In this document: positions 26,676 through 40,575 of the stretch, piece by piece
Layout: the number at the start of each line of letters is the position of its first letter
How positions within the stretch are numbered: the first letter of the stretch is position 1
NCBI RefSeq assembly: GCF_009914755.1
Contig: NC_060941.1
Strand: one strand, 5' to 3'
DNA from: the human T2T-CHM13v2.0 reference genome, Homo sapiens
DNA: 64,000 nucleotides
Translations under genes and position numbers: made by a program
The notes under the pieces: model-generated
The model's database searches: none
Told to the model about the DNA's origin: nothing
Seen by the model: only the letters and a program-made list of their open reading frames with translations

Positions 26676-28298
26676 CCTCCCTCCCTCCCTCCCTCCCTGC
26701 CTGCCTCCCTCCCTCCCTCCTTGCCTGCCTCCCTCCCTCCCTGCCTGCCTGCATCCCTCCCTCCTTCCCTCCCTGCCTGCCTGCCTACCTGCCTCCCTCC
26801 CTCCCTGCCTCCCTCCCTCCCTCCCTGCCTGCCTCCCTCCCTCCCTCCCTGCCTGCCTGCCTCCCTCCCTCCCTGCCTCCCTCCCTCCCTCCCTCCGTCC
26901 CTCCCTGCCTGTCTCCCTCCCTCCCTGCCTGCCTCCCTCCCTGCCTGCCTCCCTCCCTCCCTGCCTGCCTCCCTCCCTGCCTGCCTCCCTCCCTTCCTGC
27001 CTGCCTCCCTCCCTGCCTGCCTGCCTCCCTCCCTCCCTCCCCACCTGCCTACCTCCCTCCTTCCCTGCCTCCCTCCTTCCCTGCCTCCCTCCCTCCCTGC
27101 CTCCCTGCCTACCTGCCTGCCTCCCTCCCTGCCTCCCTCCCTCCCTCCCTGCCTGCCTGCCTCCCTCCCTCCCTCCCTCCCTGCCTGCCTACCTGCCTGC
27201 CTCCCTCCCTGCCTCCCTCCCTCCCTCCCTGCCTGCCTCCCTCCCTCCTTCCCCACCTCCCTCCCTCCCTCCCTGCCTGTCTCCCTCCCTCCCTCCCTGC
27301 CTCCCTCCCTGCCTCCCTCCCTCCCTCCCTGCCTGCCTCCCTCCCTCCTTCCCTGCCTCCCTCCCTCCCTCCCTGCCTGTCTCCCTCCCTCCCTCCCTGC
27401 CTCCCTCCCTCCCTGCCTGCCTCCCTCCCTTCCTGCCTGCCTCCCTCCCTCCTTCCCCACCTCCCTCCCTCCCTCCCTGCCTGCCTCCCTCCCTCCCTCC
27501 CTGCCTCCCTCCCTCCCTGCCTGCCTCCCTCCCTTCCTGCCTGCCTCCCTCCCTCCTTCCCCACCTCCCTCCCTCCCTCCCTGCCTCCCTCCCTCCCTCC
27601 CTGCCTGCCTGCCTCCCTCCCTCCCTCCCTCCCTGCCTGCCTACCTGCCTGCCTCCCTCCCTGCCTCCCTCCCTCCCTCCCTGCCTGCCTCCCTCCCTCC
27701 TTCCCCACCTCCCTCCCTCCCTCCCTGCCTGTCTCCCTCCCTCCCTCCCTGCCTCCCTCCCTGCCTCCCTCCCTCCCTCCCTGCCTGCCTCCCTCCCTCC
27801 TTCCCCACCTCCCTCCCTCCCTCCCTGCCTGTCTCCCTCCCTCCCTCCCTGCCTCCCTCCCTCCCTGCCTGCCTCCCTCCCTTCCTGCCTGCCTCCCTCC
27901 CTCCTTCCCCACCTCCCTCCCTCCCTCCCTGCCTGCCTCCCTCCCTCCCTGCCTGCCTCCCTCCCTCCCTGCCTGCCTGCCTCCCTCCCTCCTTCCTTGC
28001 CTCCCTCCCTCCCTCCCTGCCTGCCTCCCTTCCTCCCTCCCTCCCTGCCTGCCTCCCGCCCTCCCTCCCTGCCTGCCTGCCTGCCTCCCTCCCTGCCTGC
28101 CTGCCTCCCTCCCTCCCTGCCTGCCTGCCTCCCTCCCTCCTTCCTTGCCTCCCTCCCTCCCTCCCTGCCTGCCTCCCTTCCTCCCTCCCTCCCTGCCTGC
28201 CTCCCTCCCTCCCTGCCTGCCTCCCTCCCTCCCTCCCTCCCTGCCTGCCTGCCTGCCTGCCTCCCTCCCTCCCTCCCTGCCTGCCTGCCTACCTGCCT
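26676..28298. repeat. ~1.6-kb (CCCT/CCTG)n polypyrimidine satellite, apparently within an L2 remnant (~26240-28620)
   Basis: Repeat directly visible. L2-like flanks: TCAGATGATGTCACT on the left; GCTCCCTGAGGGCAGG...GCCTGGCACATAG...AATGAATGAATGA on the right. Confidence 0.97.
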
Positions 28299-29279
28299 CG
28301 GAGCTGTGCACATATGGCACCTTTCCAAGGCCATCCAGGAGCAGAACACCCCATCAAAATAACCAGCATCCCTATGGCATTTCCTTCTCCTTTTCCCCAC
28401 GAATTTCCCCCCAGGGACTTAGCACATCTGGCTTCATGCGGATGTGCTGGATCCCGCCATCCCACTTTGCCTCCACTGGAATGCAGGCTCCCTGAGGGCA
28501 GGCATCCACAACGGCTGGATTTAGTGCTGAATCCCCAGTGCCCAGGATGTGCCTGGCACATAGCTGGGGCTCACTCCGTATTCTTCTGAGTGGATAAGTA
28601 AATGAATGAATGAATGAACCCACAAAAGTTACTCCCCCATTAATACTTCTGGGTTTATTTAGAATCATATCCCACGATCACACCAGAGAGCAGGAATTCC
28701 CGGGATATGGAGGGGACTGAAGGATTCTGTTTGTTTAGTTGGTGAGGGCTGGCAGGGGGTAGACCCAAGCCTGGGAAGTCTTGTTTGCTTAATTTACTCC
28801 AACCCAAACAGTGTATGTGTGCCATCAGCCAGACAGGACACAAAAACGGTTTAGGAGATCCACTCTGATTAGCCTGAGAGACTGTCTCTGGGACAGAGTC
28901 ATGAGATCAGGGTGGCCAGGGAGTGGCTGAGCTGTGTCTCCCTGAATCCCCCCCACCACTGGCACCACCCAGAAATTTCACAACGGAGTTTTAAACAGCA
29001 ACACACAACAATAATAAATCTACCAGTTTGTTTCTTTTCCTAAAATCCAGTCACTGGACAGAGTACCACCCCCATACCGAAGAACCGAAGAGCAGAACCA
29101 GCATCACAGAGAGCCCAGCAACCCCGGAGCAATGCCTGGGGAACATCTGCCCTTTCAGGGACCATTGGTACAGAGCCCAGTGCCCACTGCTGGGCGTGGG
29201 AGCCACTCTTCAATGGCAAAAGTGTAAGTAATAGGAACAGTTCCATGGATGAAATGCAGCCAGGGAGGTGGCTGGGAGA

Positions 29280-29394
29280 GGGCCTGGGTGCAGGGGGCCT
29301 GGGTGCAGGGGCCTGGGTGCAGGGGGCCTGGGTGCAGGGGGCCTGGGTGCAGGGGGCCTGGGTGCAGGGGCCTGGGTGCAGGGGGCCTGTGCAG
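29280..29394. repeat. 14/15-bp G-rich minisatellite (GGGG[G]CCTGGGTGCA) x7 plus a partial copy
   Basis: CCTGGGTGCAG at 29283, 29298, 29312, 29327, 29342, 29357 and 29371. Confidence 0.95.
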
Positions 29395-30469
29395 AGGTAG
29401 AGGACTCAGGTGGAGGTGGAAGGCAGCCCAGGTTGGGTAGGAAGGGGCTCCAGGAAGGGGCTGGCCTGGTGGGGAGAGAAAGCAGGCGGCAGGCTTCTCT
29501 GTGACCTAAGTGCTTGATTCTCAGCAGGAGCACAAAAGGCAAGGGCTAGAACTCACACTGCACCAGGCCCTGGGCAGGGAAGTCCATGGGGAACTGAAGA
29601 TCTGCACCTAGCCTCCTCTGAGCCTGCTGTCCACACCCCCACAGCCCCAGCTTCCAGCTGTTCCAATGACCGGAGAAGCAGAAGTTTCTGTAAGCCCTCA
29701 AGTCTCCCCTGGTCCCCTTGGGGCTTTCAGGGAGATAATAGGATACCCTTCTGGTCCTGGAGGCGATTCCCAAGCATTTGCTTTAACTCTCAATATCACC
29801 TCCTCCCCAGACAGGGCTCCCAGAGCCAGGATGGAGGCAGGTGGTCCAGGGAGACTCCTGCCCCGCTGCTCTCTCCCACCAGCCCCAAAGCAGAGGCCGC
29901 CCAGGGCCTGGGCGAGAGGAGAGCCTGGGGAGAGGCGGGCTGTCTGCCGGGGCTCTCACCCTTCCTGACTTGTCAGTTCTCTTGCCTTTGAGGCGGATGG
30001 AGCCGTCCTTCCCAGAGCAGTCCTGGCAGGGGAGGCGCCCACAGGAAGGAATGGAAACAGAGTCCATCCCTGGGGATCCCAAGTCATCCCCTGGGGCCAC
30101 ATGGACACCCATGCTGCCCAGCCTGGCAGCCAGTCCAGGGCCAGGGAACATAAACCCTTGAAGGAGAGGGGGAGGAATTAGAGGGAGCAAAGACAGGGTC
30201 GGGAGATGTGATGAAAGAACCCAAGAGAAGCTCCAACCCCACTGCTCCCCTCCCCAGCACAGAAATCTTTAAGTGTCATGCCTGAAACCCAGGCCGCCTT
30301 CTCTAGGTGCTGCTCTTGCTTCCTCCCCCATCCAGCCTAGATTCCACATCCCCCTAGAGGCTGAGCTGAAGGCGGTGCCCCCGGCAGCCCCACACTTCTC
30401 CACCACACCTTGCAAGCCAAGCTCACAGGAGGTTATTTCATTTTCATTTTAACTGGTCCTACCCAGCCC

Positions 30470-31060
30470 TGTCTGCAGCCGCCGGCTTAGAAGATGGAGA
30501 CACGAGCGATCCACAGGCCGCCGAGTCCTGAGGGCAGGGATCAGCCTCAGGGCAGCCACCCCTGCCTGGGCTCGAGCCTCCTTGGCGCCCCGCACCCCTC
30601 CTCTGCCGCCGGCTAGGCGAAGGCGCTGCATCCTAGCCCCACCGATAGGCCCAGCCTGGTTTTGTTTTGACCCGAGCTGAGTGGGAGATAACTTAACAGC
30701 TTGTCCCCGATTGTAATGGCATGTTTTTCCCCACTCCGCAGTGGGAAACACCATCCATCATCCATAGCGCAGAACACGGGCCTATGGCCCCCTCCGCGTG
30801 CGCTCCTGTACCCCACGCCCCACCCCTTGGTGCTGCGGGGTTTAGGGGACCTCAGGGCTCGCCCCAGGCTCGTGGCTGGCAGAAGGAGTGGAACCACGGT
30901 GGGAGGCAAAAGGCCCAGTGACCAAGTACCCTTGACGGCTCTCTAGGCCCCGCAGCCCGGCAGGGTTGGGAGCGTAGTTGGGGGCTGGGCTGGGCTGCAG
31001 GTGGCTTCTCAGGGCGCAGTGGCAGGGACCAGGGTGGGCGGGGCCTGGTCGAGGCCACAG
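30470..31060. promoter_or_regulatory. Intronic CpG-rich island-like segment
   Basis: Visibly CpG-enriched, high GC, no obvious repeat. Observed/expected ratio not computed. Confidence 0.45.
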
Positions 31061-32446
31061 CCTACCATTCCCCCACTTCCTGGGGACAAAAGGGTCCAGT
31101 CTGTCTCGGGAGTGAGCTGCGTCCTCCTCATTCTCTGACCTGTATTTATTGCCCCTCACCATGCGCTGAGTGCAGTGCTCAGAGCACAGCAGAGCACACA
31201 GGGACACCCCACTGTTGACCTTCAAGGGGAAAAGCCCCTGCAGCCTCCTCAACTCCCCTTCTTCTGGGAGGTCAGTTGGGGAATTCTGAGATCCCATCCT
31301 GTCCCCTACACACACATATGCGTGCACATATGCTCACATATGCACACGAGCACAGACGGGCCATCCTGGACCCTACCCTCCACCTGCTTCCTCAGGATCT
31401 AATCCTCTTGCTTTAATGACAGGGCCCCCAAATAATAAAGGAGTCCAGGGAGAGGCTTAAGCATCCCCAGAAGGCTGGCTATGGGTGGCAGGGCCCCCAG
31501 AAGAGCTGGGAAGCATGAGGAGTGTCCTACAAAGGGTGAGGGCTGTGCCCTGGGGCTTGGAGGGGGGCCTCAGTCTCAGAGAAGGATTTTAAAGACTCCT
31601 GTGCCCGCATCTGCAGCTGGCCAGTTTCCTCTTCGCAGCTCTCAGCCTGGCTGCTTCAACCTGCTGCAGAACCAGCCAGCACTGCTCCCGAGGCAGCACG
31701 AGACTGGGGCAGCCCCTGGTGCTCTGGCCCCAAAAGGTCTCCTCTCAGATTCTTGTCATTGGAAAGAGAAGATAGAAAAACAAACATCTGGACTGCTATA
31801 AAGTGTCCTCTATCAAAAAATAAGCAGATACACAAAGGGAGAGGGAGGTAGCAGAAGGAGTGAGAGAGACCGAGGGAGGGAAGAGGAGGGAAGGAAGCCT
31901 CTGGGGATGAGGCATGTTCACCCAGCCTGGACAGGGGAAGATTGAGGAGGGCCATGGCAGAGGTGTGGGTGAGGCACACAAGGTAGCTGGAGCAGAAGCC
32001 ACAGGCAGATAGCCCAGGTGAGATGCACTGGCCAGGCAGAGAGGAGGCTAGGATGGCAGGCCCTGGGCAAGGGCAGAGAAGGCAGAAGTCAGATGACCTG
32101 CCCTGGCTGGCCCCGACGACCTTGGACTCACGAGTTGCCTTTGGTCAGAAGCGTGGACTTGTGTTGACAAAGATGCTGCAGAGGCCGGGTGGCGGGGAGG
32201 CCAGAAGCAAGGGACACGCACAGCTAGGAAAGAATGTGCTGAGATGGGGGAGAGGAGAGCCTGGCCGAATCACCATCATCATCCTCGTCCTCAGCCCCCC
32301 GTCAGTGTTTGCTCACTATCGTGCCCCAGCGCCTGGCCAATGCTGGCACACAGTAGGCGCTCAGCAGTTTTGGTGAAATGAATGCTGCAAAGAAGGAAGT
32401 CAATCTGGGTGAGTGGCATGGAGCTGGGTAACGTTTCTGATGAAAA

Positions 32447-32730
32447 TTCCAGCACTTTGGGACGCTGAGGTGGGTGGATCACGAGGTCAGGAGTTTGAGA
32501 CCATCCTGGCTAGCACTGTGAAACCCTGTCTTTACTAAAAATACAAAAAATTAGCCAGGTGTGGTGGCAGGCGCCTGTAGTCCCAGCTGCTTGGAGAGGC
32601 TGAGGCAGGAGAAAGGTGTGAACCCAGGAGGCGGAGCTTGCAGTGAGCCGAGATCGCTCCACTGCACTCCAGCCTGGGTGACAGAGCAAGACCCCATCTC
32701 AGAAAAAAAAAAAAAAAAAAAAAAAAAAAA
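32447..32730 (+). mobile_element. 5'-truncated Alu (AluY/Sc-like)
   Basis: GGATCACGAGGTCAGGAG...ACCATCCTGGCTA; long A-tail; AAAATTCC on both sides (TSD-like). Confidence 0.92.
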
Positions 32731-34072
32731 TTCCTGGGTGACCTGAACACCAACAAATGGGATCAAGAAGTTGTCACTGATTTGCATCTGACGACGGGAT
32801 GGTCTTCAGGCTCCTAGAGGTGGGGGTGAGGTGGAATGAACTTCCCATTCTACATGGCAAAGCAAATGAACTCAGCCCACCTAAAACACAGGCACCCCAA
32901 GACCCTCACACTCACAGCCTCCTGTGCAGAGAGAGGACAAACAGCCAAGCATACATCCTGGATTTTTTTCCGCACATCTCCAAATAGAAGGCCACACTTG
33001 GACTTCAGCATGCAAGGACAGGCTGGGGACATCACCAGTCCCTTATAAATTAAGGCTCATCTGAGGACATGGCTTCATTTATAGGATTTAAGATGAGGCA
33101 TCACAGAGAGGCAGAAGTGGCCGGTGAGTTGAGGCGGAGCCCCCCATTTCACTACCCCCTCCCCGGGCCTACTGACAGCAGCACATGGGGGAATGAGACA
33201 ATGGTCCCCCTCTGGGCAGATGCAGCCTTGCCAGTGCAGGACTTGAATTCTGAGGCTGTTCGTCTTCTCAGAGCATGCTACACTCCATTCTCTGCAACAG
33301 CCTGATTGGCATGCCTTGGAACATTCCAGGCCATGGCAAGGGAAAAGCTTGGAGCAGGACCCGCAGGCCTGGGTTCTCCTCCCAGCCCATCACTGTGTGA
33401 CCTGGGACATCTGAACATCCCTGATCCTTTCCGCATCAACTCACAGGAAGTGTCTACTATGTGGCAGATGCAGACCCAGGTTCCGGACATTCAACAAGGT
33501 ACACTAGCAACCCCATCCCTGCCCAAAGTGTCTTGGATGTCACCTTCCCTGCCCCCTGTATGAGGCACACAGAAAGAAGACAGAAAGGGCTTTGCACTAA
33601 ATCACAGCTGCGCTTTCTCCTAATACTCCGAGGAGTCAAATGACCTCTGAAGGCCACCAGAGCCACAGGCCTCTTTGTGATGGTCACACATGGGCTTGTG
33701 AAAGAGCCATTTAGGGACATAGCATAGGGGACTCTGAGACCAGGGGCTCCAAAGGAAGGACCCTAAAATCACCAGAAATCAAGTTTGGGTTTTTATAGCA
33801 TTTTGCTTATCTTTTGTTTTGTTTTGTTTTGTTTTTTAACAAAGATAGCAATATCACCAGAAATATGCTTGCATTCTTATTTGGCTTCCTGGAGGGACTC
33901 AGAAAATGGCATTTGCAAAATCTCAGAGGACTCCACTCGCACATTTTAGATTTTACTTTTCTCCCCAAACTACGCCTTTGCTGGTTCATTTTATTGCAGA
34001 GAGCGGAACATTTTAGCCTTCTAGTCCTGCCAGAAAGTTAAAAAAAAAAAAAAAAAAAAAGAATCAGAGTAA

Positions 34073-34549
<477 letters not shown>

Positions 34550-35825
34550 TAGCTTCTCCCTGGGTGCCAGTGGTTCTACTTCTGCCATCTTTTCTGGTTA
34601 ATCCCTCTCATACCTTTCAGGGCTGCTGGCTTTGCTCTCTTCCATTTTCCATCACCCCAATTCCTCCTCAGCCTCTGTACCCCGCAAAACATAAGCTCCT
34701 AACCAAAATCAGAGTTTAAAATAGGACTCAAACTAAGAAAGCAAAATTTGCTCTTTCTTTAACCAAGAGAAAAACAACACAGAGCACCTCATTTTAGTAG
34801 TAAAGATTATAGGGAATATACAATATTCAGAATAAATGAACCTCCTCCCCCTGTTTTTAAACCACTCTTGTGAAACCAGCTTAATTCCTGGCTCCCCTCA
34901 TGCCTTCTGAATCCTGTCTCTGGCAAAAATAATTTGGGTTTTATTCTTCTGGCATCTGGTGGGAGTCGGTGACAATTTTACTGTAGCTATACTTCTTCTT
35001 TTTTAATACCAGTGTGTTTTAATAATACAGTGTACCTTTTGGTATTGTTGAAATGTTACATTATTCAACGTATCCAACGGGAAAGGGAAAGGCCTTTTGT
35101 AATTTATGTGTCCTCAGTGCTGTGTTTAAAGCTTGCAAAGTGGAGGGCTGTAATTTGGGAAGCAATTTTCCCCAAGGTCGGGAGAATGGTTTCTGGAGGA
35201 GAGGCTGGAGACTGCCTGACCCGGGTTCAGTGGGGCTGGGGGCCCAGAACCCTGGCCATGAGGCTGATCCTAGTGGTAGGGAGTACCGTGGGCTCAAAAT
35301 CAGAAATGTTCCCCAAAATACAGCAACAACAACAAATCCTCAGCCTGGCTATGGCTGGCTTGCTGGGCCACTTGGGTTTCAAGCAACTCATTTAGTTTCC
35401 AGTTTCTGGCCCTTCCAGAGAGCATCACTGCTGTGCTAAACATCCATGAGTCCCTCCTGCATGGATACTGGGGCACAGCTGGGAACACCACAGGCACCTG
35501 TTGAGGGGCCTGCAGTGTAGAGAGAGAGAGAGAGAGAGAGAGAGAACAGGTAAACCACAACCCCAGAGGCAGGGTATGGGCTCCTACAAGATGGCAAGCT
35601 CTAGAAGGCTGGGGCCTTATTTTTCTCAGCACCACAGCTAAGCCATCGAGAATGGTGCCTGGCACACCCCAGGTGCTAAGCAAACATGCTTGAGTGAGTG
35701 CATGAAAGAGTGAAGAGCCAATAGAGAGACATGGGTGACGGGTGTCTAGGAACCTAAGCAGAGGTACTGCATTCATGGGAGGTGTTCTGGCTTCCTAGGG
35801 CAGGTGACCAACCCTGGAGTGAATC

Positions 35826-35988
35826 GGAGAGGAGAGGGGAGGGGAGGAAAGGAGAGGGGAGGGGAGGGGAGGGGAGGCGAGGGGAGGGGAGGGGAGGGGA
35901 GGGGAGGGGAGGGGAGGGGAAGGGAGGGGAGGGGAGGGGAGGGGAGGGGAGGGGAGGGGAGGAGAGGGGAGGGGAGGAGAGAGGAGGG
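35826..35988. repeat. (GGGGA)n polypurine repeat; (GA)n at 35519-35545 nearby
   Basis: Directly visible. Confidence 0.96.
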
Positions 35989-36049
35989 CAGGTGCAGAGC
36001 CTTGGACAGAAGGGGTAGGGGAAATGTCATCTAGGGAATGCAAATAATA

Positions 36050-37527
<1,478 letters not shown>

Positions 37528-37750
37528 GGGATTACAAAAAAATATGAATGGTGGCTGGAGCCACAGGCATGGAGAAGAACGCGAAGTGAGAAGACAGGAT
37601 GAGAGCAGATTACAGAGGTGAGGAAGGTCACACTGGGACACGCCAGGAGGCAGTGGTGGGAGAGAAAGGCCCGTGAGGAGGGAGGAGGAAGAGCCCTCAA
37701 AAGGAGGAAGACAAGGCTGAGAAACACAACAAAATCCCAAGGATGAGAGG

Positions 37751-38160
37751 TCTATTAGGCTGTTCTTGCATTGCTATACAGAAATGCCTGAGGCTGGGTC
37801 ATTTATCAAGAGAAGAGGTTTAATTGGCTCCTGGTTCTGCAGGCTGTACAGGAAGCACCGTGTTGGCATCTGCTCCTGGTGAGGTCTCAGGAAGCTTCCA
37901 CTCATGGTGGAAGCTGAAGAGGGAGGAGGCGTATCGCACGGCAAGAGGGGAGATGAGGGAGGCACCACACTCTTTTAAACAACCAGATCTCACATGAACT
38001 AATTGAGGGACAACTCACTCATCACCAAGGGGGTGGTACTAAGCCATCCATGAGGGATCCGCCCCCATGATCCAATCACCTCCCACCAGGCCCCACCTCT
38101 AACACTGGCAAATGATTTCAACACGAGAGTTGGAGGGGGACACACATCCAAACCGTATCA
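37751..38160 (-). mobile_element. MSTA/B-like LTR
   Basis: TATTAGGCTGTTCTTGCATTGCTATA...GGTTTAATTGGCTC...CCCCCATGATCCAATCACCTCCCACCAGGCCCCACCTC...CATCCAAACCGTATCA. Confidence 0.88.
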
Positions 38161-38778
38161 AGAGCATTTCCAGAAGGAGAGCGTCAGATGCTACAAAGGC
38201 ACAGCAGGACCCCGGCTTCCCAGGGACCAAGTTCTCCCCCTACCCTGTCTCAGTCCAGACCTTCTTACCTGCCACCTCCCTGCCTGGCTGCTGGCCCCAT
38301 CACATCTCTCAGATCCCACTCCCAGGGTCTTCGGTCTTCAATGAGAGGCCTTCCCTGACCACCCATGCTAAAGGAGTCCCCAACCCCAGTTTCCCGGTCA
38401 CTCTGTCATAGCTGCCTGGCATTTGTTGCAAGTTGTAATTATATTTTCATTTGTTTCTGTCTCAGCCATGACCTATGAAGGCTGGGAAATATCTGTTTCA
38501 TTCACTACCATAAACCAAGTGCATGATATATCCTAGTTTCTCTATATTTGTTGGATAAATGGATGGAAAGAAAGAAAGATAAAAACCCTGAGTTTCACCT
38601 GGAGGCCCAGTTCAACTGGTGGAAAAACCACTTCCCTCCCCAAGTCACACACTCGCTGCAGCAGTAGGGCTCCTTGGCTCTGGAGGAAAACATAGCTGGG
38701 CTGGGGGAGGACGTGGAGAAGGACAGGAGACTCTGAAGTTGACCCAGACCAGCTCTTCCATCATTCTAAAAGTGGGGA

Positions 38779-38915
38779 AGCTGGATACGGTGGTGCATGC
38801 CTGTAATCCCAGCTACTTAGGAGGCTGAGGCAGGAGGATCACTTGAGCTGAGGAGTTTGAGGCTAGCCTGGGCAACATAGCAAGACCCCATCTCATATCT
38901 CATAAATAAATAAAT
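38779..38915 (+). mobile_element. FLAM-like Alu monomer (L2 fragment upstream at ~38330-38560)
   Basis: GGTGGTGCATGCCTGTAATCCCAGCTAC...CCTGGGCAACATAGCAAGACCCCATCTC followed by (TAAA)n. Confidence 0.85.
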
Positions 38916-40169
38916 AGTAATTAAAATGAGGGCTTCTTTAGGAATTCCAAGTGGCCACCGTATTTCCTTCAAGCATTCAACAAACATCAACAGGCTGAGG
39001 CTGTACAACTGGGCTAGGTGGTGGGAACCTGTCCCCTCAGCAGTTCAGAGTCTTGGTGGGGAAGCTGGCAGCCAGACAGGGCAGGAGAAGATGCAGTGTA
39101 AGGGGTGAGGCCTGAAGGCTGACTGTCCCCCTCCACCCTTCCTCCCCGAGCTGTGAGGCCCTGGGCAAGTAGCATAACGTCTTAAACTTCCACAGCTTGC
39201 CTGTAAGCAGGACTGCTCCCACCGCACAGGCTGGCACCACCTCTTGTTCCTCACCAACAAAGCACTTGGGCCTGGGCCAGAGCATAGGTCCACATTGCCA
39301 TGATTTCAACTGGTAATTACAATACACTGCAGAGAAGACACACAGAGCACTGTGGACACAGGGAGGGTTGGAGTGGGCTGGGGAATGAGCAGCTTTCTGA
39401 AGGAGGTAACAGTGGAGGCTTGAAGGAGCGGGAGGCGTGGAGCAGAGAAGCAGCTCAGAGACATAAACCCTCCCATGCCCAGGCAAGGAGGCCAGAGGGC
39501 CTGAACAGCTGAGGGCTTCAGCAGCAGGACCCAGGCTGGAAGTGAGGCCCGTCAAGGACTGAACCCAACCCTGCCTACAGAGGAGTATCTGTGGCCAGCG
39601 GCACAGTCACCAACACCAGCATCCGGTCCAGGGCCACAGCCTGAGATAGCCACACCCAACAGAGGCACAAGAGGACCCACGCAGGAGCCATGCAGAGCTG
39701 GAGGTCGATGATTTTCATCTGAACAGGGAGCTGGGCCCCGAGGAGGACTTGGAACCACCCAAGTCTGCCCCATCTTTGGGGGTGGCTGTCTGTCCACGCA
39801 GTGGCCATCTGGGATATGGAGGGTGGCACGTTTGCCACAGTTCAGGTTCATCCCCATGCGTGCTTCCCCAGGTGTTGTGCCCCGTTAAGGGTCGAAGCCC
39901 CCTCCTCACAGCCCATCCTGTTTCCCGGTCCCCTCGAGGATCTCCACAGGTGAGTTACCTGGCTTAGGTCGGGTGGGAGGTGAAGAGAGGAACTTTCTAG
40001 TTGCTTTTCTCCAGCTTGGAAGTGAGGCCTTGGAGAAGCCTCCTGAAGGGGAGAAGGGAGGGACGGCTGGCAGGGGTCGGGAACACCAGGGGGGAAGCAG
40101 AGAAGGGCGGGGAGTTGGGGGGTGCAGGGGGCTTCCGGGGGACAAGGGAGGGGCACTAGTGTAGAAGCC

Positions 40170-40575
40170 ACGATGGGGTGGGGTACAAGGGCACAAGGAG
40201 GTAGGAAGGGGGAACAGGGGGTGGAGGTGTGGGGAGGGGGAGAGGGGACTGGGACAGGGGTGCAAAAAGGCGGGAAGGTGGGGGAGGGGTGCAGAGGGTG
40301 GGGAGGTGGGGGAGGGGTGCAGAGGGTGGGGAGGTGGGGGAAAGGGTACTGGGGCAGGGATGGGGGTGCAGGAAGGTGGGAATGGAATGCATGGGACAGG
40401 CACAGGTACATAAAGGTGGTTGGGGGCACAGGGGTGCAGATGGAGGGAGGTGGGGGAGAGGGTATGACAGGGTAGGGCACGGGGCAGGGGAGGGGTGCAG
40501 ACATCCACAGTCTGGGTGCAGGTGTAGGGTGGCAGAAGGTGGTTGGGGGTGTAGGCGGTGGACGGGGTGGAGGTT
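40170..40575. repeat. G-rich low-complexity degenerate repeat (GGGGTGCAG/GGTGGGG)
   Basis: Many G4-G5 runs on the + strand. Confidence 0.8.

Noticed and set aside
26451-28589. 665/663/403-aa ORFs (PPSL and GGRE repeats)
   Set aside because: Artefacts of the (CCCT/CCTG)n satellite.
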